NCBI GenBank assembly: GCA_029775855.1 | Contig: JARVJZ010000004.1 | Location: 4,901 to 68,900, forward strand | Direction: 5' to 3' | Length of the DNA stretch: 64,000 nt | From: Nitrososphaeria archaeon | GTDB taxonomy: Archaea; Thermoproteota; Nitrososphaeria; Nitrososphaerales; JAAOZN01 | In this document: positions 18,065 to 27,718 of the stretch, piece after piece | How the letters are laid out: each line of letters starts with the position of its first letter | Position numbering within the stretch: the first letter of the stretch is position 1 | Notes under the pieces: model-generated | Told to the model about the DNA's origin: nothing | Database searches by the model: none | The model's input: the letters and a program-made list of their open reading frames with translations, nothing else | Position numbers and translations under genes: made by a program

Positions 18065-20736
18065 CTCAACTTTTGTACCTCAACAACACTTGTTACTGGG
18101 AATGAACCAGATGGGCTCATCGAATCATATGTCAACACATTACAAGCACCTCTGCTATCCATGCCAGCTGGGTTTGGTGTAAACCAAGCACCGTGCCAAA
18201 CTGCTACGACGCCAGGCATAATCTTTGCAGTCACATAAGCCGGCAGTATTATTTCACCGCAATCGTTGAATACTCTAACCAAATCACCATCCTTGATACC
18301 TCTAGCTTTTGCGTCAGAGACACTTATCCATACTGAGTGTCGATACGCCTCCTCATCTAGCATAGGGTTGGTATCGTATGCTGTGTGAGATCTGTAGCGG
18401 CTATGCGGTGTTATCATTGTTAATGGATACTTATTTGCCAATGGGCTGAACATCATGTGCTCTGGTGGAATATATTTTGGAATAGGTGGTACATATCCAC
18501 CGTATTTTGTTTTAGTGAGATCAGTTTTAGCCAAATACTCTGAATATATCTCGATCTTTTTAGATGAGGTATTTGCGAAAGGTTTTCCTTCTTTGACTTC
18601 AACGCCATATGAATAAAGTGGTTCTGGAAAATCAAAGTGGTAAACCACTTGCTTCTTGAAGTCTTCCCAGCTAGGTAGGGTTCGCCCAATATTTGCTAGA
18701 CTTTTTGCTCTTGCTTCCCACGCTGCTTTAAGAAGCCTATCTTTAGTTTCTTCCCATTTGGAGTCATCTGTGTAATTGGGGTTGAATTCTTTGAGGAAGC
18801 CCATCTTCTCCGCTAGCTTTGTAAATATCCAATCTGGTTCTTTTGCCTCTCCTTGAGGTTCAACACATTTAGGAGAGTAGACCCACCAGCAACCCGATAT
18901 ATTCCCCCAAGGTGAATCTATAGTTGTAGTTTCAAATGGTGTTTCGACTACTGGTAATATAACATCAGAATACAGTGCAGTAGGTGTCATATGTATTGCG
19001 AAGTTAACGACATAATCAACCTTCTCAAGCGCCTTTACACCCTTTAGAATGTTCATGTTTCTGTTCAGATATTGACCGATTGCGTTAAAGATCATCTTGA
19101 TATTAGGTAAGGGGTTAGTTGCAGGATTACCTATTATGCTATTGTACTGCTCGGCAGTCAACGATTTACCAACCTCGTCTCTAAGAAGTATGGTATCAGC
19201 CCACTTAAACTGCTTAAAAGCTATAATTGTCTTTTGTTTTCCACTTCCACCCCAGCTAGCGCTTGGTGGACTTGGGGCTCTATCGCTCTCAATAGCCCAA
19301 TTAGTGGTGTTAATGTATCCACCCGGTACACCGATGTTTCCAGTTAAAGCTTGAAGCGCTATTGCAGCTCGAGCAACGTTTTCACCGTATTGATTTCTTG
19401 CTGGAGCCCAGCTTTTGAAGAGGCAGACAGGCTTGCTTCTCGCATATAAACGTGCAAAGCTTCGTATGGTTTCAGCTGGCACACCGCAAATCTTTTCAGC
19501 CCACTCTGGAGTTTTTGGTACACCATCCTCAACTCCTGTGACGTAGTCCTTCCACTTCTTAACCCCTTCTGGTTCAACAAACTTTTCGACATATTCTTTA
19601 TCATATAAGTCTTCAGTAAAGAGCACATATGCAACCGCTAAAGCAAAAGCAATATCTGTACCTGGTCGTATTGGGATCCATTGGTCTGCTAGTATGTCTA
19701 TAGTGTTAGTGTATTTGGGATCTATCGCTATTATTGGAGTGCCTTTCTTTTCTTTGATAAGTTTCATAAGATATAAAGTGTTTGTGCCAAATATTGTGTT
19801 TGCAGGGTCGTGCCCCCATAGAACTATTAGATTTGAATTAATCATGTCTGTTGTCTGATGACCTTTACCATAAGTTATACCCAACATATGGTTCTCGCTA
19901 AAGATCTCTGCCTCAAAAGAGCAAACACCCCAGCTATCGACTGTGTCAACAATGTGACTAAAGAATCTTGAGGCTCCTCTCTGCCATATAGAATATGGCC
20001 CATATTTCTCTTTGACTTCCTTAATCATCTTTGCGACTAAATCTAATGCTTCATCCCAGCTAATTCTTACAAATTTTCCCTCTCCTCTCTTTGTGCCCTC
20101 CACTCTTTTCATTGGGTACTTTATCCGATCTGGATTGTATATCCAATATTTCAGTGCACGCCCCCTTACACAAGGACGCTTTTGGACGATCGCGTTTATT
20201 AGCTTGTGATAATCAAGCAACTCATCTTCAATCGCTACGTTTGAATGGAGTAAGTCGTCTCCTTCGATAGCTGTAATAACACCGTTCTTAATTCTTGCTT
20301 TAAGTAGACAACCTCTGCCACCGCAGTTAATTGTGCAACTACCATAGCTTATGGTTTCTTGTTGGTGTTTTGCTGCTAGTTGCTGTTTTATGGCTTCGAC
20401 TCTTTGTTTGATTTCTGGTGATAGGGGTGGTTTTAGGCTTGGTGGTGGGGGTGGTGTTTGAGTTACGGTTGTGGTTGCTGTTTGAGTTACTGTTGCTGTT
20501 TGTGTTACTGGTGTTGTGACTGTCGTTGTCTGTGTTACTGGTGTTGTTACCGTCGCTGTTTGTGTTGTGGTTCTGGTCTGTGTTACTGTTGCTGTGACTG
20601 TCTTTTCAACCTCTCTGATAGGTGTGAGAAGCCTATCAGCACCAACACCAACCGCAACACCAGCTACAGCAGAAGCAGCTAAAGCGCCAGCCCACTTCAA
20701 CATAGAACGGCGAGAAACCTTAACCTCCTCACCCAA
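18061..20736 (-). CDS. TAT-exported molybdopterin oxidoreductase catalytic subunit, DmsA-like, paralog 1
   Basis: Twin-arginine motif SRRSMLKW followed by an h-region. A Thr/Pro-rich insert of about 60 aa comes next. The FS0 motif is CTINCGGRGC...C. DMSO-reductase-family blocks are present (GEGKFVRISWDEALD, IDPKYT, WIPIRPGTD, TGNIGVPGG and the C-terminal GIKDGDLVRVFND). TTG start. Confidence 0.9.
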   Translation of the reverse strand: MGEEVKVSRRSMLKWAGALAASAVAGVAVGVGADRLLTPIREVEKTVTATVTQTRTTTQTATVTTPVTQTTTVTTPVTQTATVTQTATTTVTQTPPPPPSLKPPLSPEIKQRVEAIKQQLAAKHQQETISYGSCTINCGGRGCLLKARIKNGVITAIEGDDLLHSNVAIEDELLDYHKLINAIVQKRPCVRGRALKYWIYNPDRIKYPMKRVEGTKRGEGKFVRISWDEALDLVAKMIKEVKEKYGPYSIWQRGASRFFSHIVDTVDSWGVCSFEAEIFSENHMLGITYGKGHQTTDMINSNLIVLWGHDPANTIFGTNTLYLMKLIKEKKGTPIIAIDPKYTNTIDILADQWIPIRPGTDIAFALAVAYVLFTEDLYDKEYVEKFVEPEGVKKWKDYVTGVEDGVPKTPEWAEKICGVPAETIRSFARLYARSKPVCLFKSWAPARNQYGENVARAAIALQALTGNIGVPGGYINTTNWAIESDRAPSPPSASWGGSGKQKTIIAFKQFKWADTILLRDEVGKSLTAEQYNSIIGNPATNPLPNIKMIFNAIGQYLNRNMNILKGVKALEKVDYVVNFAIHMTPTALYSDVILPVVETPFETTTIDSPWGNISGCWWVYSPKCVEPQGEAKEPDWIFTKLAEKMGFLKEFNPNYTDDSKWEETKDRLLKAAWEARAKSLANIGRTLPSWEDFKKQVVYHFDFPEPLYSYGVEVKEGKPFANTSSKKIEIYSEYLAKTDLTKTKYGGYVPPIPKYIPPEHMMFSPLANKYPLTMITPHSRYRSHTAYDTNPMLDEEAYRHSVWISVSDAKARGIKDGDLVRVFNDCGEIILPAYVTAKIMPGVVAVWHGAWFTPNPAGMDSRGACNVLTYDSMSPSGSFPVTSVVEVQKLR

Positions 20737-20755
20737 ACAACATCAACTCTTGCTC
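20350..20755. repeat. Left arm of a perfect 406-bp inverted repeat (partner at 27719-28124)
   Basis: I compared the reverse complements block by block. The antisense ORFs in the two arms are also identical in the ORF track. Identity ends at 20349/28125 and at 20756/27718. Confidence 0.95.
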
Positions 20756-20771
20756 AGATACACACTATAAG

Positions 20772-20779
20772 TATTTAAA
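20772..20779 (-). promoter_or_regulatory. Candidate TATA box for molybdoenzyme-1 operon
   Basis: The minus strand reads TTTAAATA. It lies 16 nt outside the repeat arm and about 40 nt upstream of the TTG start. This is an archaeal TATA-like sequence read by eye only. Confidence 0.3.
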
Positions 20780-20937
20780 TCTTTCAAATATATGTATAAA
20801 AATTTTAGATAATATTTTTGAACTTAATCTTAAGTAGAAAGGAATATCTAAGTGTATAACGTTCGCTGTAAACTTGCATTACGCGCAATAGCCAAAACAA
20901 TTATCTAAAAGTGTGAGTAAAATATGGTGTATAAAGA

Positions 20938-22347
20938 TTGATAATAGTGTTGGTTAACCCACCTTTTACACTTAGTGAATGTTTCCGAGGTTTTGCAAGA
21001 GTTGGCAGTATACAGCAGCCGCTTGGTCTTGCTTATGTGGCGGCTGTATTGGAGGAGGCTGGGTATAATGTTAAGATTATCGATTCGCCGGTGTTAGGAC
21101 TGAGTTTACAAGAGACTGTCGAGACTGTCATTAGAATGAGACCAGATGTCGTCGGAATTACTGCCACCACTCCAACTTTCAATAGGGCTATTAGCTTAGC
21201 AGAAAGTCTAAAGAAGGTAGCTGATATACCACTAGTTATCGGTGGGCCGCATTCTACTACACTCCCTGATGAAACCCTAGCCCTTTCCTGCTTTGATATA
21301 GCGATCATAGGCGAAGGTGAATACACAATGCTTGAATTACTTAAATGCTTGCAAAAAGGTACATCTTTATACGAAGTTAAAGGGATAGCGTTTAAAGAAA
21401 GGGGACAGATAGTAAAGACTCCTCCTAGAGCATATATAGACGACCTAGATGCGCTTCCTTTTCCAGCGCGCCACCTCCTTCCACCTTTAAAGTATTATCA
21501 CCCTACTCCTTCTGCTTATCGCTCATTACCACAGGCTACAATGATTACAAGTAGAGGTTGCCCCTACCAATGCACCTTCTGCGACCGTTCAGTATTTGGA
21601 AACAAGTATAGAGCAAGAAGTCCCAAGAATGTAGTTGAAGAAGTTGAAGAACTCGTCTACGAATATAGGGCAAAAGAAGTGAGGTTTTGGGACGACACAT
21701 TTAACATCAACAGAAAAAGAGTTCTAGAGATTTGTAGAGAAATGCGGATGCGAAGACTAGACATAAGCTGGACATGCCTATGTAGGGCAAACTTAGTAGA
21801 TGAAGAAATGTTACGTGAAATGGCCAAGGCTGGGTGTTGGCAAGTAGAATATGGCATAGAATCCGGTAACGAGGAACTTCTTAAAAAGATCGGTAAGGGA
21901 ATTACTCTCCAACAAATTAAGGGCGCAGTAGAAAAAACTAAAGCCGCGGGTATGAAGGCCCGAGGTTTCTTTATGCTGGGCTTACCTGGTGAAACTGAGC
22001 AGACTCTCAGACAGACTATAATCTTCGCAAGGTCCTTAAAGCTGGATGCTGCTGTCTTCCACATTACGATCCCCTTTCCAGGAACAGACCTATATCTAAG
22101 CGCTGTCTCCAGTGGCGAACTACGCACTGACTTAAACTACCAATATTATTTGATGTTTGGCTCAGATGAAGTCCCATATATACCAAAAGGGTTAACTAAA
22201 GAAGTACTCTTGAAGTATCGGTCAATAGCATATAAGTCATTTTATCTAAGGCTAAGTTATATGCTAGAACAGTTAGCTTCTGCAAGATCTCTTAAAGATT
22301 TATTTCGATACCTACTTGGTTTTATAACCCTAGCGCGCATCGAGTGA
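20938..22347 (+). CDS. B12-binding-domain radical SAM protein (class B)
   Basis: The N-terminal part is a cobalamin-binding-like domain (LGLAYVAAVLEEAGYNVKIIDSP...VGITATTP). The radical SAM motif is SRGCPYQCTFCD. TTG start. Confidence 0.8.
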   Translation: MIIVLVNPPFTLSECFRGFARVGSIQQPLGLAYVAAVLEEAGYNVKIIDSPVLGLSLQETVETVIRMRPDVVGITATTPTFNRAISLAESLKKVADIPLVIGGPHSTTLPDETLALSCFDIAIIGEGEYTMLELLKCLQKGTSLYEVKGIAFKERGQIVKTPPRAYIDDLDALPFPARHLLPPLKYYHPTPSAYRSLPQATMITSRGCPYQCTFCDRSVFGNKYRARSPKNVVEEVEELVYEYRAKEVRFWDDTFNINRKRVLEICREMRMRRLDISWTCLCRANLVDEEMLREMAKAGCWQVEYGIESGNEELLKKIGKGITLQQIKGAVEKTKAAGMKARGFFMLGLPGETEQTLRQTIIFARSLKLDAAVFHITIPFPGTDLYLSAVSSGELRTDLNYQYYLMFGSDEVPYIPKGLTKEVLLKYRSIAYKSFYLRLSYMLEQLASARSLKDLFRYLLGFITLARIE

Positions 22348-22354
22348 GCCTAGT

Positions 22355-23044
22355 TTATTTGCTCAACTCATCTATTACAAAAGGTATAAATTCTTGTTCT
22401 ATTTTAATAAATCCATTTAACATTTTTGCAATACCTATGTAAAATTTGTTCGAAGACGCCTCTACAATCTTTCGACAAAGCTCTGGCACCCATTTACTTA
22501 GATGATCGCTTAAGAACTCCATTTGTAGTTTCAAGTATCCCTTTGAGTACTCAACGTTATTTGCGTCAAGGCTTCGCTTCGTCAAGTCTACCAGCTTTGC
22601 CATAAACTCTAGTTCCACAGCTAAATGGTCTTCAGGTTCTTTAAAATCAGGGGTTTTCTCAAAGCCTAATATTCTATATGCATCCAAGACCTCAAAATAT
22701 GGTTCTTCATATAACGTATGGTGCTTTCCAAGGTACACCGATTCAACTAAATAGACTGGTTTAGGGCCGACATTCAAGAAAAGTGATGCGTATTCTGAAG
22801 CAAGATCCGTAAGTAAGTTATTCCTTTCTGGAGTTTCTTTAAAGTTTTTAAAGAAATCGGATATGATTATGCAACCTTTCTTTAGTTCCTCATTATCTGC
22901 TGATTCAGACAATTGGATAAAAAGTTCTTCTAGTTCTTCTATAAGTTTGAGAAATGCTTCATCGACTTCCTTTGCAAAACTTCTTGATAAGAAGCTATAG
23001 AGAACGTACCTTGTCTGCATAACATCTTTATAATTATTTAACAA
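22355..23044 (-). CDS. TorD/DmsD-family redox-enzyme maturation chaperone
   Basis: The N-terminal RYVLYSFLSRSFAKEVDEAFL pattern and the acidic helical body (EDHLAVELEFMAKL) are typical of TorD-like chaperones. It is the last gene of the Psr-like operon. Confidence 0.65.
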   Translation of the reverse strand: MLNNYKDVMQTRYVLYSFLSRSFAKEVDEAFLKLIEELEELFIQLSESADNEELKKGCIIISDFFKNFKETPERNNLLTDLASEYASLFLNVGPKPVYLVESVYLGKHHTLYEEPYFEVLDAYRILGFEKTPDFKEPEDHLAVELEFMAKLVDLTKRSLDANNVEYSKGYLKLQMEFLSDHLSKWVPELCRKIVEASSNKFYIGIAKMLNGFIKIEQEFIPFVIDELSK

Positions 23045-23062
23045 CCTGATCTAACTTCCTTC

Positions 23063-24304
23063 TTATTGGTTAATATTCTTTTCCGTCCTCCATATAGGAA
23101 ATATCCAATATGCTATAGTAGTTATAAGAGCAATTATACCAAATAAAGCAGCGCCTATCGTTAATTCTATCCACGTAGGAAAGTACACACCATACACACC
23201 AAATGAAGATAAGCCGACACTGTATTCTCCTTTTGCTATGCCAGGTGGTAATAATATAGGCGGATATATATAGCCTGGGACTACAAGTTCAACTCTGTAG
23301 GATAATACGCCGGTAAGCACAAGTAAGGCTGCCAATCCAAGTATCTTCGGGTTCATTCTAAGTCTTGGATGTAATAGTAAGATGAATGGTAATATGGCCC
23401 CCGGGATCCACTCGTATACGAAGAATGGTAAGAAGGGGCCGGTAAATATTAGCGTTAGAGGTAGTGTCTCTGATGGTGCGGCAGACCATAACCTTATGAC
23501 GAATTCATTTCCTATAAGGAATAGATCTATTGGGATGATGACTGCAAGCAACTTACCGAGTGTATTAATTGTTTTAACCTCTACTCTTATTCGGCTGCGC
23601 CACTGCATGATTAGAACTGTCAATATGACTAATGAGAGCCCTGAGATCATAGCTGAGGCTAAGAAGATAGGGGCAATCAAAGCGCTGTACCACCAGCTTC
23701 TACTTATTTGTGTTCCGAATATCCACGCTGTTACTGTGTGTAGCATTACTGCTGTGGGCAGAGCTATAAACGAGATCACTTTGACTATTCTCTCGTCTTT
23801 AGCAACCGCTTTTGGCGAAACATCATTAAATCCGAAGGTGAGACGGCTGCCTTTCCTAGCTAACTCCGCACGCATCATAAACCAAAGATCAACTATACAC
23901 AAGACCAAATAGACAACTATTACAGTAAAGTCCCATATCAGCGGCGAAAGTGGATTGCCATATAATATAAGGTAGGCTATACGCTCAGGTCTACCCAAAT
24001 CTGGGATAATAGATAGAGCTGCAACAGCAACACAAGCAGCTGCCAGCGTGGTAGCCACTTTAGCTATCGGTTTAAACTCTTCTACTCCAAACACATGTGC
24101 AGAAGATGAGACGATAAGACCACCTGCGCTTATGCCTACGAAGAAGGCAAATAATGTGATGTAGATTCCCCAGCTTACAACATTTCTCATTCCAGTTACT
24201 ATCAACCCGTTTTGTAGCTGGATAATCCACGCACCCAAGCCTCCGCCGATGAGCAGAAGTAAAAATATTAACCAGCCGTAGAATAATGGCGAATGTTTAG
24301 CCAC
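23063..24304 (-). CDS. NrfD/PsrC-type integral membrane quinol-interacting subunit
   Basis: About 10 TM helices. The NrfD-like opening is VVSWGIYITLFAFFVGISAGGLIVSSS. It overlaps the FeS gene by 8 nt. Confidence 0.8.
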   Translation of the reverse strand: MAKHSPLFYGWLIFLLLLIGGGLGAWIIQLQNGLIVTGMRNVVSWGIYITLFAFFVGISAGGLIVSSSAHVFGVEEFKPIAKVATTLAAACVAVAALSIIPDLGRPERIAYLILYGNPLSPLIWDFTVIVVYLVLCIVDLWFMMRAELARKGSRLTFGFNDVSPKAVAKDERIVKVISFIALPTAVMLHTVTAWIFGTQISRSWWYSALIAPIFLASAMISGLSLVILTVLIMQWRSRIRVEVKTINTLGKLLAVIIPIDLFLIGNEFVIRLWSAAPSETLPLTLIFTGPFLPFFVYEWIPGAILPFILLLHPRLRMNPKILGLAALLVLTGVLSYRVELVVPGYIYPPILLPPGIAKGEYSVGLSSFGVYGVYFPTWIELTIGAALFGIIALITTIAYWIFPIWRTEKNINQ

Positions 24305-25106
24305 GCTGCAACACCCTCTTCAAAGTGGCTGAAGCGATAGCCTTTAGAGAAATATCACTTGATGTTGATATGATGGATGTTAATGTAGATTCGACATGCT
24401 TGACAAAAGCTTCATATAAGTTAGTAAACGACTGTTTACCACGTTTAGGTGGAAGATAGTAGGTCTTCGGTTGTGTCCCTAATTCTTCAAGCAATCTTAC
24501 ACCACTCCGCTCTTTAACCAGTTTTGACACTTTGCTATTGGGATCATCCAGATCTCCGAAGAATCTTGCTCTCGCGGGGCACATAGCTACGCAGAAGGGC
24601 TCTTGCCCATCTGTGATACGATGTATACATAGTGTGCATTTTTCTACGACACCCTTAGGTCTCTCCGGAGAATATATTATCCAACCCTCATCCTTTACTA
24701 CACCTTGATAACCTGTTCCATGCTCAGGCAAATGCTTTGGTTCTGCCCAGTTGAAGACGCGAACGCCATAAGGACAAGCGGCCATACAATATCTGCATCC
24801 TACACACCTCTCAATTCTTAGCTGTACAGTTCCATCTTCTTCACGCCTATAGGTGCCTGAAACAGGGCAAGCTTTTACACACGGTGCGTTATCACAATGT
24901 TGACATGTAATTGGAAGATAGAATATAGATGTATTTGGGTAGCTTCCTGAGCTTGTGTCAATCATAGACCCGCCGACGGTAAGCACTCGATTCCACCAAT
25001 TTCCTAAGCTCACATTATTCTCAAGTTTGCAAGCGATTGCGCAGGTTTGGCAGCCAATGCATCGATCCAAATCTATAACAAGCCCATATCTTACCAACCT
25101 AATCAC
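24297..25106 (-). CDS. Four-cluster ferredoxin subunit (PsrB/HybA-like)
   Basis: Cys groups CIGCQTCAIAC, CQHCDNAPCVKACP, CVGCRYCMAACP and CTLCIHRITDGQEPFCVAMCP. Confidence 0.85.
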   Translation of the reverse strand: MIRLVRYGLVIDLDRCIGCQTCAIACKLENNVSLGNWWNRVLTVGGSMIDTSSGSYPNTSIFYLPITCQHCDNAPCVKACPVSGTYRREEDGTVQLRIERCVGCRYCMAACPYGVRVFNWAEPKHLPEHGTGYQGVVKDEGWIIYSPERPKGVVEKCTLCIHRITDGQEPFCVAMCPARARFFGDLDDPNSKVSKLVKERSGVRLLEELGTQPKTYYLPPKRGKQSFTNLYEAFVKHVESTLTSIISTSSDISLKAIASATLKRVLQRG

Positions 25107-25109
25107 ATC

Positions 25110-27626
25110 CTATGCTTTTTGAACCTCAACTAATGTGTCAAAGAAGGAGCAGTTTAGAGTTATTGGATTCTTGTGTGCTGGTGTCAACTCATTATAGCTA
25201 CCTGCTGCGAACTGCCTTTTTTGCCATCCTTTATCCATGTTAATCAAGCCCGGTCTTAAACTTGGATTTAATTTGGCTCTCGCTCTTACCCAGCCTCTAT
25301 CGTTAAACACGTTAACGACATCGCCATTCTTAATTCCTCTGGCTTCAGCGTCCCTCGGGTTCATTTCGACAAATGGTTCTGGATCTAGTTCCCTTAACCA
25401 AGGAACTTCATACCACTGGGAGTGAACACGCCACTTCGAATGCTGCTGTATAAGCGTCAATGGATACTTCTTAGTTAAAGGGTTTTCGACCCAAGCTTCT
25501 TTAGGTGATTCAAAGTATGGAAGCGGATTAACACCCATAGTTACAGATATACCAAGAGCTGGATATGCCCAAGGATAGTTTAAAATCACCCTCTCAGAAT
25601 AAAACTCAAGACGCCCAGTTTGAGTAGGGTATTTACCGTCTTCATAGCCTATATAAGGCTCTTTAGAAAGTCTTACTACTCCCTCTTCTTTGAATCTTTT
25701 GATCTTTTCTTCACCGTATACTTCCTTTAACGCAGCAAGTATTCTTTCCCGATGGTCAGCTTCTGAACCTTGAAAGTATTGACCGAATCCCATCTTTTCA
25801 GCTAACATCTTAAAGATGTCCCAATCACTTTTGCATTCATACAACGGTTTGATCGCTCTTTCTTGGATCATTAGGTATGGGTGTAAACCACCCATTAAAT
25901 CGTCGTTCTCAAACCACGTTGTAGCTGGGAGAACAATATCAGCAAACATAGCTGTATCATTCATCTTCTGCTCTATCACTACGATAAATTCTAAGTTTTC
26001 TTCGGAAAACAGCTTTTCAATCCACTTTTGATTAGGGTAGCTGTTAACAAAGTTAGTACAAGATATTACTGCAGCTTTGATGGTGTATGGTGTTGGGATG
26101 GGGTCTTTGCTTATAGTTCCTTTTAAGGGGTCAGCCGGATCGCTAGGCACATACCTTTCAACATAACCATAAGCTATTGCGTCGTAAGCTAGGAGCGGAT
26201 TCAGGGTGTGAGCTTCTGTCCCAGATGGGGTAACCCACCTCCAAGACTCACTTAAAGCTGCTATTAGAGCTGAACCACCGTATGGTCCTCCAACCATCGC
26301 GCCAGGCCTACCTATGTTTCCAGTTAGTGCTGCTAGTGTAGCTAACGCTCTACCAGTAAGATAGCCATTATCCCATCTATCTACACCGAACCCTGCGAGA
26401 ATGCAGGCTGGTTTTCTTGTTGCATAGAGCCTTGCTACTTCTTGAACTTCGTTTGCAGGAACTTCGGTTAGCGCTTCAGCGTTTTCGGGTTTATATTTTG
26501 AGGCTTCTTCCCAAAGTAGCTGTAGAGCTGTTTTACAAAGTATACCATTAATTACGTATTTTCCAAAAAGAGCTGGAGGCATAGCTTTCTCGAAAACCGT
26601 TGGAGCGTCGGTGGCTTCATCATAGACTACATAATTGTTACTACCGTTTTCTTTGATGTCTTTTTCTCTTAAAAATAGACCATTATCTAATCTAACCAGA
26701 AATGGTGCGACTGTGCGCTCTAGAACAAACTTTCTATCATATAGCTCTTCATTCAATATGGTGTAGATCATTGAGAGGGCTAGCGCCGGATCTGAGCCTG
26801 GTCTTGGTTTTAGCCATATATCTGATTTGGCGGCTACAACACTCATTCTAGGATCGATGGAAACCATTTTTGCCCCGTTTTCCAGAGCATCTGCTACGAA
26901 ATGCCAGTTTTGAATCTGGCTTTCAGTGAAGTTAGACCCCCACATTATGATAAGCCTAGTATTATCTGCTATATCCACTGCTTCGTTAGCGCCAAAGAAA
27001 GCTGAGCTACCTCCTGGGATGTTTGCAATAACTTGGCTAAGTCCAAGTGGGAGGGCTGAGTCGACTCCTCCTTCTACTACCGTACCTTGAAATATATTGG
27101 CAAATAGCTTCATGGCGCCACAGAAGCTACCATTCACTAAACCATAATTCCCAGAGAGTGTAGCGAACATTACAGCACTTGAGCCATACTTCTCTTTGAC
27201 TTTTAAGAGTTTTTGTGCAATAGTGTTAATGGCTTCATCCCAGCTTATCCTTACCCACTTACCCTCACCCCTCTTCCCCACTCTTTTCAAAGGATACTTT
27301 AGTCTATTTGGATCATAAACACGTTGAACATGAGATAAACCTCTAAGGCATATCCGATCATACCTTCTATTGGGCATAGGTGCCATCTCAGTTTTAACAA
27401 GCTTATCCTCAAATACGTGGACATAAAGCCTGCAGCTCTGCCAGCAGTTAGGAGCGCAAGCGCTACGAAATACTTTAGTTGTCTTCTCCATCTTTTCGAT
27501 TGAAGCAGAAGCGCGAGATGGTATAAGCAAATTGCAACCAAGTGAGGATAAAGCTGCAATAGAAGTTGTTAAGGCAAGGCCTTTCAGGAAGGAACGACGC
27601 GATAGAACCATTGTAGGCTTATCCAC
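25110..27626 (-). CDS. TAT-exported molybdopterin oxidoreductase catalytic subunit (Psr/Ttr/Dms-like), substrate unknown
   Basis: Twin-arginine signal SRRSFLKGLALTT. FS0 motif CAPNCWQSC. Family blocks GEGKWVRISWDEAI, IDPRMS, TGNIGRPG and the C-terminal GIKNGDVVNVFND. Confidence 0.9.
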   Translation of the reverse strand: MDKPTMVLSRRSFLKGLALTTSIAALSSLGCNLLIPSRASASIEKMEKTTKVFRSACAPNCWQSCRLYVHVFEDKLVKTEMAPMPNRRYDRICLRGLSHVQRVYDPNRLKYPLKRVGKRGEGKWVRISWDEAINTIAQKLLKVKEKYGSSAVMFATLSGNYGLVNGSFCGAMKLFANIFQGTVVEGGVDSALPLGLSQVIANIPGGSSAFFGANEAVDIADNTRLIIMWGSNFTESQIQNWHFVADALENGAKMVSIDPRMSVVAAKSDIWLKPRPGSDPALALSMIYTILNEELYDRKFVLERTVAPFLVRLDNGLFLREKDIKENGSNNYVVYDEATDAPTVFEKAMPPALFGKYVINGILCKTALQLLWEEASKYKPENAEALTEVPANEVQEVARLYATRKPACILAGFGVDRWDNGYLTGRALATLAALTGNIGRPGAMVGGPYGGSALIAALSESWRWVTPSGTEAHTLNPLLAYDAIAYGYVERYVPSDPADPLKGTISKDPIPTPYTIKAAVISCTNFVNSYPNQKWIEKLFSEENLEFIVVIEQKMNDTAMFADIVLPATTWFENDDLMGGLHPYLMIQERAIKPLYECKSDWDIFKMLAEKMGFGQYFQGSEADHRERILAALKEVYGEEKIKRFKEEGVVRLSKEPYIGYEDGKYPTQTGRLEFYSERVILNYPWAYPALGISVTMGVNPLPYFESPKEAWVENPLTKKYPLTLIQQHSKWRVHSQWYEVPWLRELDPEPFVEMNPRDAEARGIKNGDVVNVFNDRGWVRARAKLNPSLRPGLINMDKGWQKRQFAAGSYNELTPAHKNPITLNCSFFDTLVEVQKA

Positions 27627-27691
27627 TACAAGCCTATCTTTTATATTTTTCCTTGGTTGTCGCTAAATTTTTTGTTTATTTTGTTTAAATA

Positions 27692-27700
27692 TTTATATAT
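27692..27700 (+). promoter_or_regulatory. Candidate TATA box for molybdoenzyme-2 operon
   Basis: TTTATATAT lies about 19-27 nt outside the repeat arm and about 40 nt upstream of the TTG start at 27738. Read by eye only. Confidence 0.3.
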
Positions 27701-27718
27701 TAGCTCTACTTTGATTTA

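Noticed and set aside
20458-20682. A Cys-rich 74-aa ORF (MSYGCGCCLSYCCCLCYWCC...) and an 84-aa ORF (MTVVVCVTGVV...) on the opposite strand of the Thr-rich region. Identical copies lie at 27792-28016 and 27716-27958.
   Set aside because: They are the antisense reading of ACN-rich Thr codons inside a well-supported TAT-signal/stalk coding region. Their duplication simply reflects the 406-bp inverted repeat. There are no independent start or promoter signals.
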